Source: an uncultured Chthonomonadaceae bacterium
GTDB lineage: Bacteria > Armatimonadota > Chthonomonadetes > Chthonomonadales > Chthonomonadaceae
Assembly: GCA_963835065.1 (NCBI GenBank)
Contig: CAWIEK010000049.1
Span: 704,001 to 768,000 of the forward strand
Reading direction: 5' to 3'
DNA: 64,000 nucleotides
A model generated the notes under the pieces. The model saw only the letters and a list, made by a program, of their open reading frames with translations. It was not told the DNA's origin and did not search any database. This document shows positions 41,072 to 49,503 of the stretch, piece by piece. The stretch's first letter is position 1. Each line of letters begins with the position of its first letter. The translations under genes were made by a program, and so were the position numbers.

Positions 41072-41479
41072 TTACGCGCCAATCGCCCTGACAATTGCTT
41101 CTTTCAGGCTTTGATATTCTTCCGGGGAAAGAACGCGATGCGCCCCCTCCACAAAACTCGGCGGGCCTTTCCATTCGGGGTCGGTTTCATAGCGCGGCAT
41201 GAAATGGCAGTGCAAGTGCGGAACCATATTGCCCAACATGCTCAAGTTCAGCTTTATGGGCTGACAGACTTGGGCAATCGCCCTGCCAATTCGCGCTTGA
41301 TCCTCCACCCACTGCCCCCGCTCTTCCGCCGTCAGATCGTACAATTCCGTCGCATGACGCCGAAACACGAGAACGCAATATCCCCGGTAATCGGCATCGT
41401 TCTTCAAATGGACGCGCCCACTCGCCAATTCCGCAACCACATCCGCGCCATCCCTATCCGGGCACATCGGACAATCCAT
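41072..41479 (-). CDS. HIT family protein
   Basis: CPMC and LGNMVPHLHCHFMPR. Confidence 0.9.
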   Translation of the reverse strand: MDCPMCPDRDGADVVAELASGRVHLKNDADYRGYCVLVFRRHATELYDLTAEERGQWVEDQARIGRAIAQVCQPIKLNLSMLGNMVPHLHCHFMPRYETDPEWKGPPSFVEGAHRVLSPEEYQSLKEAIVRAIGA

Positions 41480-41492
41480 ACCAACCTCCAAT

Positions 41493-41757
41493 CAGAAGAA
41501 AAGAAGAAGAGAAGAAAAGGAGAAAAGGAGAAAAGGAGAATAGACAAGATTAAAAGGATTTTCAGGATTAAACAGGATTACACAAGAGAAGGAATCATTC
41601 TCTGCTATTCTAATCCGTGTCCATCCGTTGTATCCGTTACCTCCGTGGTTTGGCCTTTTGTATTTCCTTTTTTCGTCTTGGTTCGTGTGTTTCGCGGTTC
41701 CCAATCTCCTTTTCTTTTCTTCTTCTCTTCTTTGCTGCTTTGCTGCTTTGCGGTTTA
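41493..41757. repeat. Composite spacer built from five or more repeat modules
   Basis: On the minus strand after the TAA: AACCGCAAAG.., AACCGCGAAA.. and AACCACGGA.. arms, then AATCCTG.. and TTCTCCTT.. arms. 41495-41531 is identical to 47298-47334 in hemA. Confidence 0.85.
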
Positions 41758-42780
41758 TTTTCCTAATGTGACGGGCTGGCCGGTTTGGATAGATTCGAGG
41801 GCGGCCAGCGCGATTTGCACAGCGGCCATGCCGTCCTGCGGCGTGATGCTTGGCGTGATGCCCGCTTCGAGACAATCGAGGAAATGCTGCAATTCGGCCT
41901 GATAGGGGTTGAGGTTGGTGGGGCTTTCGGGTACGGCCACGCCGGGGCGGGGCGTGTCGCTGTCGGCTTCCGTCGCGTTCAAGGCCATGCGGAACGGTAC
42001 GCCCGTCGGCTGGTTGAAGTTGTATTCGGCCAATCCCGCGTCACCGGCGATTTCCAGTCCCACTTTGAAGCCGCTCGGATCGTTCCACGTGCCTTCCACA
42101 TGCGCGATAGCCCCGCTTACAAAGCGCAGCGTGACCAGCGCGTAATCGTAGCCGGGCAGTTTCGTGGACGCGCAGCCTTTGGCGTACACGCGCTCCACTT
42201 CGCCGAACGTCCAGCGCAGCCAGTCGAAATCATGGATAATCAGGTCGAGGATGCAGCCGCCGCTCCAATCGAATTTGGCGTACCAGTCGTTCCAGGCGCG
42301 CGGCATCGCCCCGCCCCGCCGGGTTCGGATGGCGGCAGGCTGTCCCACATACCCGCCCTCAACGCCCCGTTTGGCAAGCGCGTATTCCGGGAAAAAGCGC
42401 AGCACGTGGGCGACAAAAAGTGGCACGTTCGCCAGTTCACACGCGGCAATCATGCGTTTGCACTCTTCTACGCTTCGCGCCATCGGCTTTTCCGTAGAAA
42501 TGCCGCGCAACCCCCATTCCCCTGCCCGCTCCGCCGCCCGGCATACATAATCCACATGCCAGGGCGTGGGACAGCACACGTCCACAACATCAGGCCGCGT
42601 TTCCGTCAGCATCGCGTCAAAATCGGTATAGGGCGCAGCGCCGTGCTTGCCTGCCAATGCCTGCGCCGCTTCCAGTCGCGTGTCCATGACGCCGACAAGT
42701 TCCGCGTTTGCGATCTTTCCATAGCAGCCCGCATGCATCCCCGCCATGCCGCCCGCCCCCACCAGCGCCACTTTCAACAT
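41755..42780 (-). CDS. Gfo/Idh/MocA family oxidoreductase
   Basis: VALVGAGGMA, EKPMA, AHVLRFFPEY, GGCILDLIIHDFD. Confidence 0.92.
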   Translation of the reverse strand: MLKVALVGAGGMAGMHAGCYGKIANAELVGVMDTRLEAAQALAGKHGAAPYTDFDAMLTETRPDVVDVCCPTPWHVDYVCRAAERAGEWGLRGISTEKPMARSVEECKRMIAACELANVPLFVAHVLRFFPEYALAKRGVEGGYVGQPAAIRTRRGGAMPRAWNDWYAKFDWSGGCILDLIIHDFDWLRWTFGEVERVYAKGCASTKLPGYDYALVTLRFVSGAIAHVEGTWNDPSGFKVGLEIAGDAGLAEYNFNQPTGVPFRMALNATEADSDTPRPGVAVPESPTNLNPYQAELQHFLDCLEAGITPSITPQDGMAAVQIALAALESIQTGQPVTLGK

Positions 42781-42877
42781 GCCGTCTTCCTCCCTTCAAA
42801 TCCGCAGTAACTTTCTGGAATGAGGTACGACAAAGGCGGCGGTAAATCCTGCCTGCGCAGCAAACATGCCAACATAA

Positions 42878-42910
42878 ATACGGCGCGAAGCAAATTGCTT
42901 CGCGCCGTAT
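42878..42910. terminator. Perfect hairpin, probable terminator of the DUF1559 gene
   Basis: atacggcgcgaagcaa-a-ttgcttcgcgccgtat. Confidence 0.65.
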
Positions 42911-42937
42911 CCTTTGTTACGGGCCAATCAGGACTAC

Positions 42938-43846
42938 TTACGGGCAGGCCGCGCCGGGAGTGCGGCAATGGGCGACCAGGAACTCGCCCGGATCATTGAC
43001 AGTGGGAACCCATCCCTCTTTTTGCGGCTTCTTGGACTTCACATGCCCATCACAGTACAGGTAGTTGGATTGAGTGGTGTGCCAGCCTGCCGCGCCATGC
43101 ACATCACAATCGTACTTGCCGCCATAGAACTTTGCCTTGCAGGTGGCGTCTGTGTTATAAAAGCCGCCGACGGACTCCCATGTTCCCGCGCGGCCTGTGT
43201 AGCCGTTGTACAAATCCGTAGATTGTTCGGGAATTCCCTCGAATATCAGGTCGGTGCTTGCGGGGAAACCAATGGCAGCCTGCGAAATGCCGCCGGGCAG
43301 GTAGTTCAAAACGGTATAGCCGGTCGGCCCGCCGGGAGCGGGAGCCGCATAGTTGTACGCATCCACGTCACCAACGGCGACATTTTTGGTGTTCGTTCCC
43401 GCCGCGCGCAGCAATCCGTTCATGCCGAAACTGCGCGGAAAGTTCAGGTAGTAGTTGCTTGCGCCCGAAACCGGCAGTGTGCCCATTGGTTTCAAAGGGT
43501 TGTCCGGGCAGTTGAAGACTTGCGCCAGGGATTTGCCCCGGTTTTTCAGGTATGGGTCGAGTACGGGGCTGTTGCCGAAGTTGTCGAGCGTGTCCCATGC
43601 GGCGGTGATGCCGCCGATGCCGCCGGGCGTGGGAAACTGCTCATCAAAATCCTGGGAATACATCAGGAACGCGGTTCCCAATTGCTTCAGGTTGGAAGCG
43701 CACGTAGACTGACGGGCTTTTTCGCGCGCCTGCGCGAAGACCGGGAAGAGAATAGCGGCGAGGATGGCGATAATGGCGATCACGACGAGCAACTCGATCA
43801 GGGTGAAACCACTGCGTTGCGGAAAACGTCGGTTTCTTAAAGACAT
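42938..43846 (-). CDS. DUF1559 prepilin-type N-terminal cleavage/methylation protein with H-X9-DG motif
   Basis: [40 protein letters not shown] and [16 protein letters not shown]. Confidence 0.93.
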   Translation of the reverse strand: MSLRNRRFPQRSGFTLIELLVVIAIIAILAAILFPVFAQAREKARQSTCASNLKQLGTAFLMYSQDFDEQFPTPGGIGGITAAWDTLDNFGNSPVLDPYLKNRGKSLAQVFNCPDNPLKPMGTLPVSGASNYYLNFPRSFGMNGLLRAAGTNTKNVAVGDVDAYNYAAPAPGGPTGYTVLNYLPGGISQAAIGFPASTDLIFEGIPEQSTDLYNGYTGRAGTWESVGGFYNTDATCKAKFYGGKYDCDVHGAAGWHTTQSNYLYCDGHVKSKKPQKEGWVPTVNDPGEFLVAHCRTPGAACP

Positions 43847-44011
43847 GCGTTCGGCTCCTTCTTAACTCGCAGAACATGGTGGATGATTTCTGGCGCGGTC
43901 ATAGCCGCTGTACGGCGCTCCGATGTTGTGGCGCTGCCGCTTTTCTTAACTTCCTTTATTTTACCCACTAATTGTTAAGAAAATGTTAAGAAGAAGCGCG
44001 GAGTTGGAAAT

Positions 44012-44090
44012 TTGTGACATTTTGCGCAGACTACCCGCCTGCCTTGACGCTGTATACGCGGACTGGTATACTGAAATGTCTGGTATACTG
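44012..44090 (+). promoter_or_regulatory. Sigma70 promoter TTGACG-N17-TATACT with three GTATAC palindromes and a weak Rex-box-like site
   Basis: -35 at 44044-44049, -10 at 44067-44072. GTATAC at 44052, 44066 and 44083. ttgtgacattttgcgcag at 44012-44029. Confidence 0.5.
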
Positions 44091-44265
44091 CAATCTACGA
44101 CAATCGGCCTGTCTGAATGGAACAGGGTCGGTTGCCTTTTGCGTATTATTGACATTGGCGCAGGGCTGTATTTGGTTTCTGTACTCGCCGGTTTTCGGTG
44201 TGACTGTTGTTTATGTCAACCTTTTTTGCCATCCATACGATTTTTGCGCGCAACGAGGTGCATAC

Positions 44266-45084
44266 TTGACTCAAGCGGCTAAAGGGAAAAAAGATTCTCT
44301 GCCTCCTATTCCCACCCTGGAACGACTGGCAACGTACCTGCGGTTCCTGATTGATCTGGAACAGTCCCATGTAGACACCATCACGTCTGCGGAACTGGAA
44401 CGTCAAACCGGCATCAACGCGGCGCAGTTTCGGAAAGACCTGTACTATCTAAAGCACCCCGGCAAGCCCGGCGTCGGCTACAACGTGCATGATTTGCAGG
44501 CGCGCATCACCCGGATTCTGCATATTGACCGCGAGCAGCGCATGATTCTGGTCGGGGCGGGCAATCTCGGCTCCGCCCTGGTCGGCTATCCCGGCTTACA
44601 GGAACACCTCTTTAACCTGGTTGCCGTCTTCGACAACAATTACGGCAAAATCGGCAAGCCGATGTGGAACCTGCAAATTCTGGACGTGGAGCGCTTGCAG
44701 GAAGCCAATCAACTGCTTGGCGCGCGCATCGCCATTCTTGCCGTTCCCGCCCCTGCCGCGCAGAAAGTGGCCGATCAGATGGTGGAAGCGGGCATCCGCG
44801 CCATTTTGAATTTTGCCCCCGTCCTGCTGCGCGTACCCGGAAACGTGTTCGTGCGCAATGTCTCGTTTTTGCAGGAATTGGCCGTGCTGTCGTACCATCT
44901 TTCAGGAGCGCTGCCGCCCAATTCGTCCGCGCATCTGTTGGAACCGGGCGGGGATAATTATGTCATGCCCGCCAACGGCACAGCCGCCAATAACGGACAT
45001 TCGGCGGACAACCCCCTTCCCATTCATATAGAAGACGCAAGGCCGGAGGCCGAACCGTCCACAGACGCGGCGGATACGGTGTAA
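44266..45084 (+). CDS. rex: Redox-sensing transcriptional repressor Rex
   Basis: PTLERLATYLR, QFRKDL, GKPGVGY, VGAGNLGSAL, ILNFAP. TTG start after GAGGTG. Confidence 0.92.
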   Translation: MTQAAKGKKDSLPPIPTLERLATYLRFLIDLEQSHVDTITSAELERQTGINAAQFRKDLYYLKHPGKPGVGYNVHDLQARITRILHIDREQRMILVGAGNLGSALVGYPGLQEHLFNLVAVFDNNYGKIGKPMWNLQILDVERLQEANQLLGARIAILAVPAPAAQKVADQMVEAGIRAILNFAPVLLRVPGNVFVRNVSFLQELAVLSYHLSGALPPNSSAHLLEPGGDNYVMPANGTAANNGHSADNPLPIHIEDARPEAEPSTDAADTV

Positions 45085-45087
45085 CCC

Positions 45088-45753
45088 ATGCCGCTTCTCT
45101 TTCCACTTTATGCCAGCATTGTAGGCAAGCGGTGCGTAGTTGTTGGCGGCGGTGCGGTTGCCGCGCGCAAAGTGGCGGATTTGCTGGCGGCGGGCGCGCA
45201 GGTATGCGTGGTCAGCCCGGACGCAACGCCGATGATACAGCAACACGCCCAATCCGGCCTGCTCGAATGGAAGGCCGCGCCGTATGCGCCCGAACATCTG
45301 CATGAAGCCTGGCTTGTGTTTGCCGCCACCAACATTCGCGCCGTCAACGCGCAAGTGTCGCAGGACGCGCAGGACCGCCATTGTTTCGTCAATGTCGCGG
45401 ATGCGCCCGATGAGGGCAGTTTTCTCGTGCCAACCGTGGTACGGCGCGGCGATTTGTGCCTGAGCATATCTACGGGAGGCAACAATCCCCTGCTTGCCCG
45501 CAAGATAGCAGAGGAGTTGCAGGCGCAGTACGGGCCGGAGTACGGCCTGCTTGTGGAACTTTTGGGGCAGATGCGAGGCTATGTTAAATCAAGGACATTC
45601 GTTCCCGATCAGCGCCGACACGCTCTGTCGCAGCTTGTGGAGCGCGAATCCGAACTCCGCGCCCTGCTGCAAACAGGCAATGTTGAGGAAGCGCGAACTC
45701 TTGCGGAAGATATTGTAAATTTGGCGCTGACAGACGACACAGCAGGCCTGTGA
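45088..45753 (+). CDS. Precorrin-2 dehydrogenase / sirohydrochlorin ferrochelatase (SirC/Met8-like)
   Basis: VVVGGGAVAARK, FAATN, VNVADAP...F.VP.VVRRGDL.LSISTGG. Confidence 0.9.
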   Translation: MPLLFPLYASIVGKRCVVVGGGAVAARKVADLLAAGAQVCVVSPDATPMIQQHAQSGLLEWKAAPYAPEHLHEAWLVFAATNIRAVNAQVSQDAQDRHCFVNVADAPDEGSFLVPTVVRRGDLCLSISTGGNNPLLARKIAEELQAQYGPEYGLLVELLGQMRGYVKSRTFVPDQRRHALSQLVERESELRALLQTGNVEEARTLAEDIVNLALTDDTAGL

Positions 45754-46010
45754 GAGACCAGTATATAACATCTCATCATTACCACAAGTTCTCTGCGGTG
45801 CGCCGGAATAAATTCTTGCGCTGCAAAAAACGATTGTCCTGCGGACAAGGTTCCTTATTACAGGTTTGTGCCTGCGCAGCAGCCACTCGCTTTGTCCAGC
45901 GTAGGAATTTATTCCGGCGCACCGCAACCTGTCACGAACTTATGGGTAACGATAAGATTTGATATGCCCGACTCCGCGCAGGTCACACATCAGTCAATGG
46001 AGACAGCAGT

Positions 46011-47468
46011 TTGCATCTTGTGTTGGTTGGAATCAGTCATCACGAAGCGCCGATTGAACTGCGCGAGCGGCTCAGTTGCGCGCCCCATGCGCTGGGCGGA
46101 GCGCTGTCGCATTTGTCCGGCTGCCCCGGCGTGGCGGAGGGCGTGATACTGTCCACCTGCAATCGCATGGAAGTGTACGCGGCGGTTCACGGCGCGAATG
46201 TGGAGGACGCTTACCACGCGCTGACACAGCACCTTGCCGCGTTTCATAAATTACCGGAAGCCGCGTTTGAAGCGCGATTGTACTGCAAGTTTGAGGCTGA
46301 CGCTACCGCGCACCTTTTACGGGTTTCCGGCGGATTGGACTCGCTGGTGCTGGGCGAACCGCAGATATTGGGGCAGGTGAAAGCCGCGCTGAAAGCCGCG
46401 CAAACCGCCGGGTCGTGCGGGCCGATACTTTCCAAACTGTTTACGTTCGCGCTGGCTGCCGGCAAGCGCATCCGGGCGGAAACGGGGTTGGGCAAAGGCG
46501 GCTTTTCCATTGGCCATGCCGCAGTGGGGTTGGCGCAACGCATACTCGACGATTTCTCCCGCGCCCGCGTTTTGATTCTGGGCGCAGGCAAAATGAGCGA
46601 AGTGACCGCCGCGCATTTGAAGCGCAATGGCGTCCAATTCGTCGTTGTCGCCAATCGCACCTTTGACAAAGCCGTGTCGCTGGCGCAGCGATTGGGCGGG
46701 CAGGCCATACAGTACGATCAGTTTTTAGACGAGATGGTACGCGCCGATATTGTAATCTCTTCCACAGCCGCTCCCCACCCCATTCTGCGCCGCGAGATGC
46801 TGGCTCCCGTGATGAAGAAGCGCCGGGGCAAGCCCCTGTTCCTGATTGACATCGCCCTGCCCCGCGACATTGACCCGGATGTGAACGGCCTGGAAAACGT
46901 GTACCTGCGCAACATTGACGATTTGCAGGAATACATGGCGCAGGACGCCCGCGCCCGCGCCGGGGAAGTGGCGCAGGCGGAGCAGATCGTTACGGCGGAA
47001 ACCGCTTCCTTTTTAACCTGGCTGCGGCATCGGGGCGCGGTTCCCATCATTGCCAGCCTGCGCTCCCATCTGGACGACATGACTCAGGAACGGCTGGATA
47101 TTCTGCGCGCCCGCCTGGGAACCGTCAACGAACGCGACTGGCAAATCATCGAAACCCAAATGCGCGCCCTGATGGATCAAGTCGCCCTCGAACCCACCCG
47201 CCGCCTCAAACGCGCCATGCAGACGCCCCATCCCGACGCGCCCAAACCCGCCCAATACGACCTGCTGGAAGCGACGCGAGAGTTGTTCGGATTAGAGGAA
47301 GAAAAGAAGAAGAGAAGAAAAGGAGAAAAGGAGACAGAAGAGGGAACAGAAGGCAATGCTGAACGCGGAATGATGAGTGATGAATGGGATGCAAATTCAT
47401 CACTCATCACTCATCACTCATCACTTTCCTCCCCCTCAACCCTGCTGGACGCGGAGGCGCTGCCATGA
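46011..47468 (+). CDS. hemA: Glutamyl-tRNA reductase
   Basis: ILSTCNRMEVY, GLDSLVLGEPQILGQVK, GAGKM, IDIALPRDID. Confidence 0.96.
   Translation: MHLVLVGISHHEAPIELRERLSCAPHALGGALSHLSGCPGVAEGVILSTCNRMEVYAAVHGANVEDAYHALTQHLAAFHKLPEAAFEARLYCKFEADATAHLLRVSGGLDSLVLGEPQILGQVKAALKAAQTAGSCGPILSKLFTFALAAGKRIRAETGLGKGGFSIGHAAVGLAQRILDDFSRARVLILGAGKMSEVTAAHLKRNGVQFVVVANRTFDKAVSLAQRLGGQAIQYDQFLDEMVRADIVISSTAAPHPILRREMLAPVMKKRRGKPLFLIDIALPRDIDPDVNGLENVYLRNIDDLQEYMAQDARARAGEVAQAEQIVTAETASFLTWLRHRGAVPIIASLRSHLDDMTQERLDILRARLGTVNERDWQIIETQMRALMDQVALEPTRRLKRAMQTPHPDAPKPAQYDLLEATRELFGLEEEKKKRRKGEKETEEGTEGNAERGMMSDEWDANSSLITHHSSLSSPSTLLDAEALP
47295..47441. repeat. Composite in-frame repeat insert near the hemA 3' end
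   Basis: Peptide EEEKKKRRKGEKETEEGTEGNAERGMMSDEWDANSSLITHHSSLSSPST. Confidence 0.9.
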
Positions 47469-48322
47469 CATTTGCCTTTTGGAACGCGATTGCGTTTGGA
47501 TTGTATTTGGCGGCGGCGGCTTGCAGCGGCGCGATTTTGTTTTTGCGCGCGCCCGCCGCGCCCCTTCTGGCGCAGACAAACGCTGGCGAGTTCAGAGTCG
47601 CGCGCTGGAGCCGCCCGCTGTTGGGATTGGGATTATTGGCGCAGTTTGTCGCCATCGGCCTGTGGTGCGTGTCCACGCATCATTCGCCCTTTGCAAGCAC
47701 GTATGGAACCATGTCCGTCCTCGCGTGGATTATCGCCCTTGCCTACCTGGCGGTGGATTGGCGCGGACGCCTGCCACTGGTCGGCGCAATTGCCCTGCTG
47801 GTTGCCTGCGTGGTGCTGTTTTGGGGCAGCCTGCACGCGCAGAATGCGCTGGCAAACGCCGCGTACATCAACACCCAGATGGTCAGCCTGCACGTACTGG
47901 CGATTCTGGCAAGTTTCGCCCTGTTTGCCCTTGCCTTCGGCTGCGCCACGCTGTATCTGGTGCAAAACCACCTGCTGAAAGCGCCCCATGTACCCGACAC
48001 CCTGCGCCGCCTGCCTTCGCTTTCCACCTTAGATGGCGTCGCTTATCACAGCGTGGCGTTTGCTCTGCCCCTGCTCACGCTCGGCCTGACGCTCGGCATC
48101 GTGTTTATCTACAGCGGCGTTCGTCCAAAAACGTCCACGCATTGGTTTGCCGACCCGACAACGCTCCTGTCGTTCGTGGCCTGGGCGCTGTACGTGGTCT
48201 ACCTTGCCGCTCGCCTGGGATTAGGCTGGCGCGGCGTCCGCCTGCAATACATTCTTTTAGTCGGCCTGGTGCTTGCCCTGGCGGTGTACGCCCTGCCGTC
48301 TTCCATGCACCACTTTGGGTAG
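47465..48322 (+). CDS. ccsA: Cytochrome c assembly (CcsA/HemX-like) membrane protein
   Basis: Multi-TM, SLHV, YLVQNHLLK, RLPSLSTLD, WFADP, GWRG. ATGA overlap with hemA. Confidence 0.8.
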   Translation: MTFAFWNAIAFGLYLAAAACSGAILFLRAPAAPLLAQTNAGEFRVARWSRPLLGLGLLAQFVAIGLWCVSTHHSPFASTYGTMSVLAWIIALAYLAVDWRGRLPLVGAIALLVACVVLFWGSLHAQNALANAAYINTQMVSLHVLAILASFALFALAFGCATLYLVQNHLLKAPHVPDTLRRLPSLSTLDGVAYHSVAFALPLLTLGLTLGIVFIYSGVRPKTSTHWFADPTTLLSFVAWALYVVYLAARLGLGWRGVRLQYILLVGLVLALAVYALPSSMHHFG

Positions 48323-48328
48323 GGTTCG

Positions 48329-48510
48329 TCAGGGTTTTAGAGTTCTATGGTTTTAGGGTTTCAGGTGTTGGAGTACGCCTGTTTGCCCCATGACAGGCGG
48401 CGTGATTGACAACGCGCCCCTTTTGCTTGTACACTGCATTGATTGGTTGCCACATTCCGTATTTACAATTATCCCTATCACCCTAAAACCATACAACCCT
48501 AAAACCCTGA
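48329..48510. repeat. 31-bp inverted pair of (AGGGTTTT)-type octamer arms enclosing a promoter
   Basis: 48329-48359 vs 48480-48510, two mismatches. Confidence 0.85.
48406..48435 (+). promoter_or_regulatory. Sigma70 promoter TTGACA-N18-TACACT
   Basis: Read directly. Lies between the two repeat arms. Confidence 0.55.
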
Positions 48511-48525
48511 TAGTAGGCAACAACT

Positions 48526-49419
48526 ATGAAACTGTGCGCGATTACCGATGAAATCTCTCAGGAATTTGAACACGCGCTGGACGTGCTGCTGGAATATGGC
48601 GCGACGGGGGCGGAACTGCGCGGACTGTGGGGAACCAATATCGCCGACCTGTCCGAAGAGCAGGCGCAGCGCGCGAAAACGGCGTTGCGCGAACGCAATT
48701 TAACGGTTCCCTGCCTGTCCACGCCGTTTTATAAATGCGATTTGAACATGCAGAGTCCCAATCCCGGCGAGGAAGCGGGCGCGATGCACCTGGCGCAGGC
48801 GCGAACGATGGAACAGCAGGCCGAACTGCTGGAACGCTGCCTCCGCCTGGCGCATTTTTTTGAAGCGCCCTTTTTGCGCGTGTTCGCCTTCTGGCGCAAG
48901 GATGTAATGACGCCTGACATTGAGCAGCGCATTTTAGACGCTTTTGAAGCCCCGGTTGCCAGAGCCGCGCAGGAGGGCGTTACGCTGGTTCTGGAAAACG
49001 AACACGCTTGTTTTGTCGGTTCAGGCGTGGAAGCCGCGCGCATTTTAGGTCGTGTCAATTCGCCGCATCTGCGCGCCTGCTGGGACCCCGGCAATGCGTT
49101 TTCGCTCGGCGAACGGCCCTACCCGGATGGCTACGAAGCGGTCAAGCCCTACATTGCCCACGTCCACATCAAGGACGCCCGCAATGTGGCAACACCCGAT
49201 CACGGCCTGCAGCCGCAATGGTGCGTCGTGGGCGAAGGCGAAATTGATTATCCCGGCCAGTTCGCTGCCCTGCAGCGAGACGGCTATGACGGCTGGCTTT
49301 CCCTGGAAACCCATTTCCGCCCCGCCGTCGGTTCGGGGCCGGACGGCAAAGGCACTCCCGAAGAAGGCTCCCGTCCGTGTTTGGCCTATTTGAGTAAGGC
49401 ATTAGGCATCAGGCATTAG
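48526..49419 (+). CDS. Sugar phosphate isomerase/epimerase (xylose-isomerase-like TIM barrel)
   Basis: AITDEIS, LVLENEH, WDPGN, HVHIKD, LSLETH. Confidence 0.88.
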   Translation: MKLCAITDEISQEFEHALDVLLEYGATGAELRGLWGTNIADLSEEQAQRAKTALRERNLTVPCLSTPFYKCDLNMQSPNPGEEAGAMHLAQARTMEQQAELLERCLRLAHFFEAPFLRVFAFWRKDVMTPDIEQRILDAFEAPVARAAQEGVTLVLENEHACFVGSGVEAARILGRVNSPHLRACWDPGNAFSLGERPYPDGYEAVKPYIAHVHIKDARNVATPDHGLQPQWCVVGEGEIDYPGQFAALQRDGYDGWLSLETHFRPAVGSGPDGKGTPEEGSRPCLAYLSKALGIRH

Positions 49420-49485
49420 GCATTAGGGAAGAGGCACAAACCTCTTCTGTCTTTTCTAATGCCTGATGCCTGATGCCTAATGCCT
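49397..49485. repeat. Inverted pair of (AGGCAT[T/C])n arms
   Basis: Left arm supplies the last codons and TAG of the isomerase gene. Confidence 0.88.
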
Positions 49486-49503
49486 GCATTTAAGGAATAA
49501 ACC

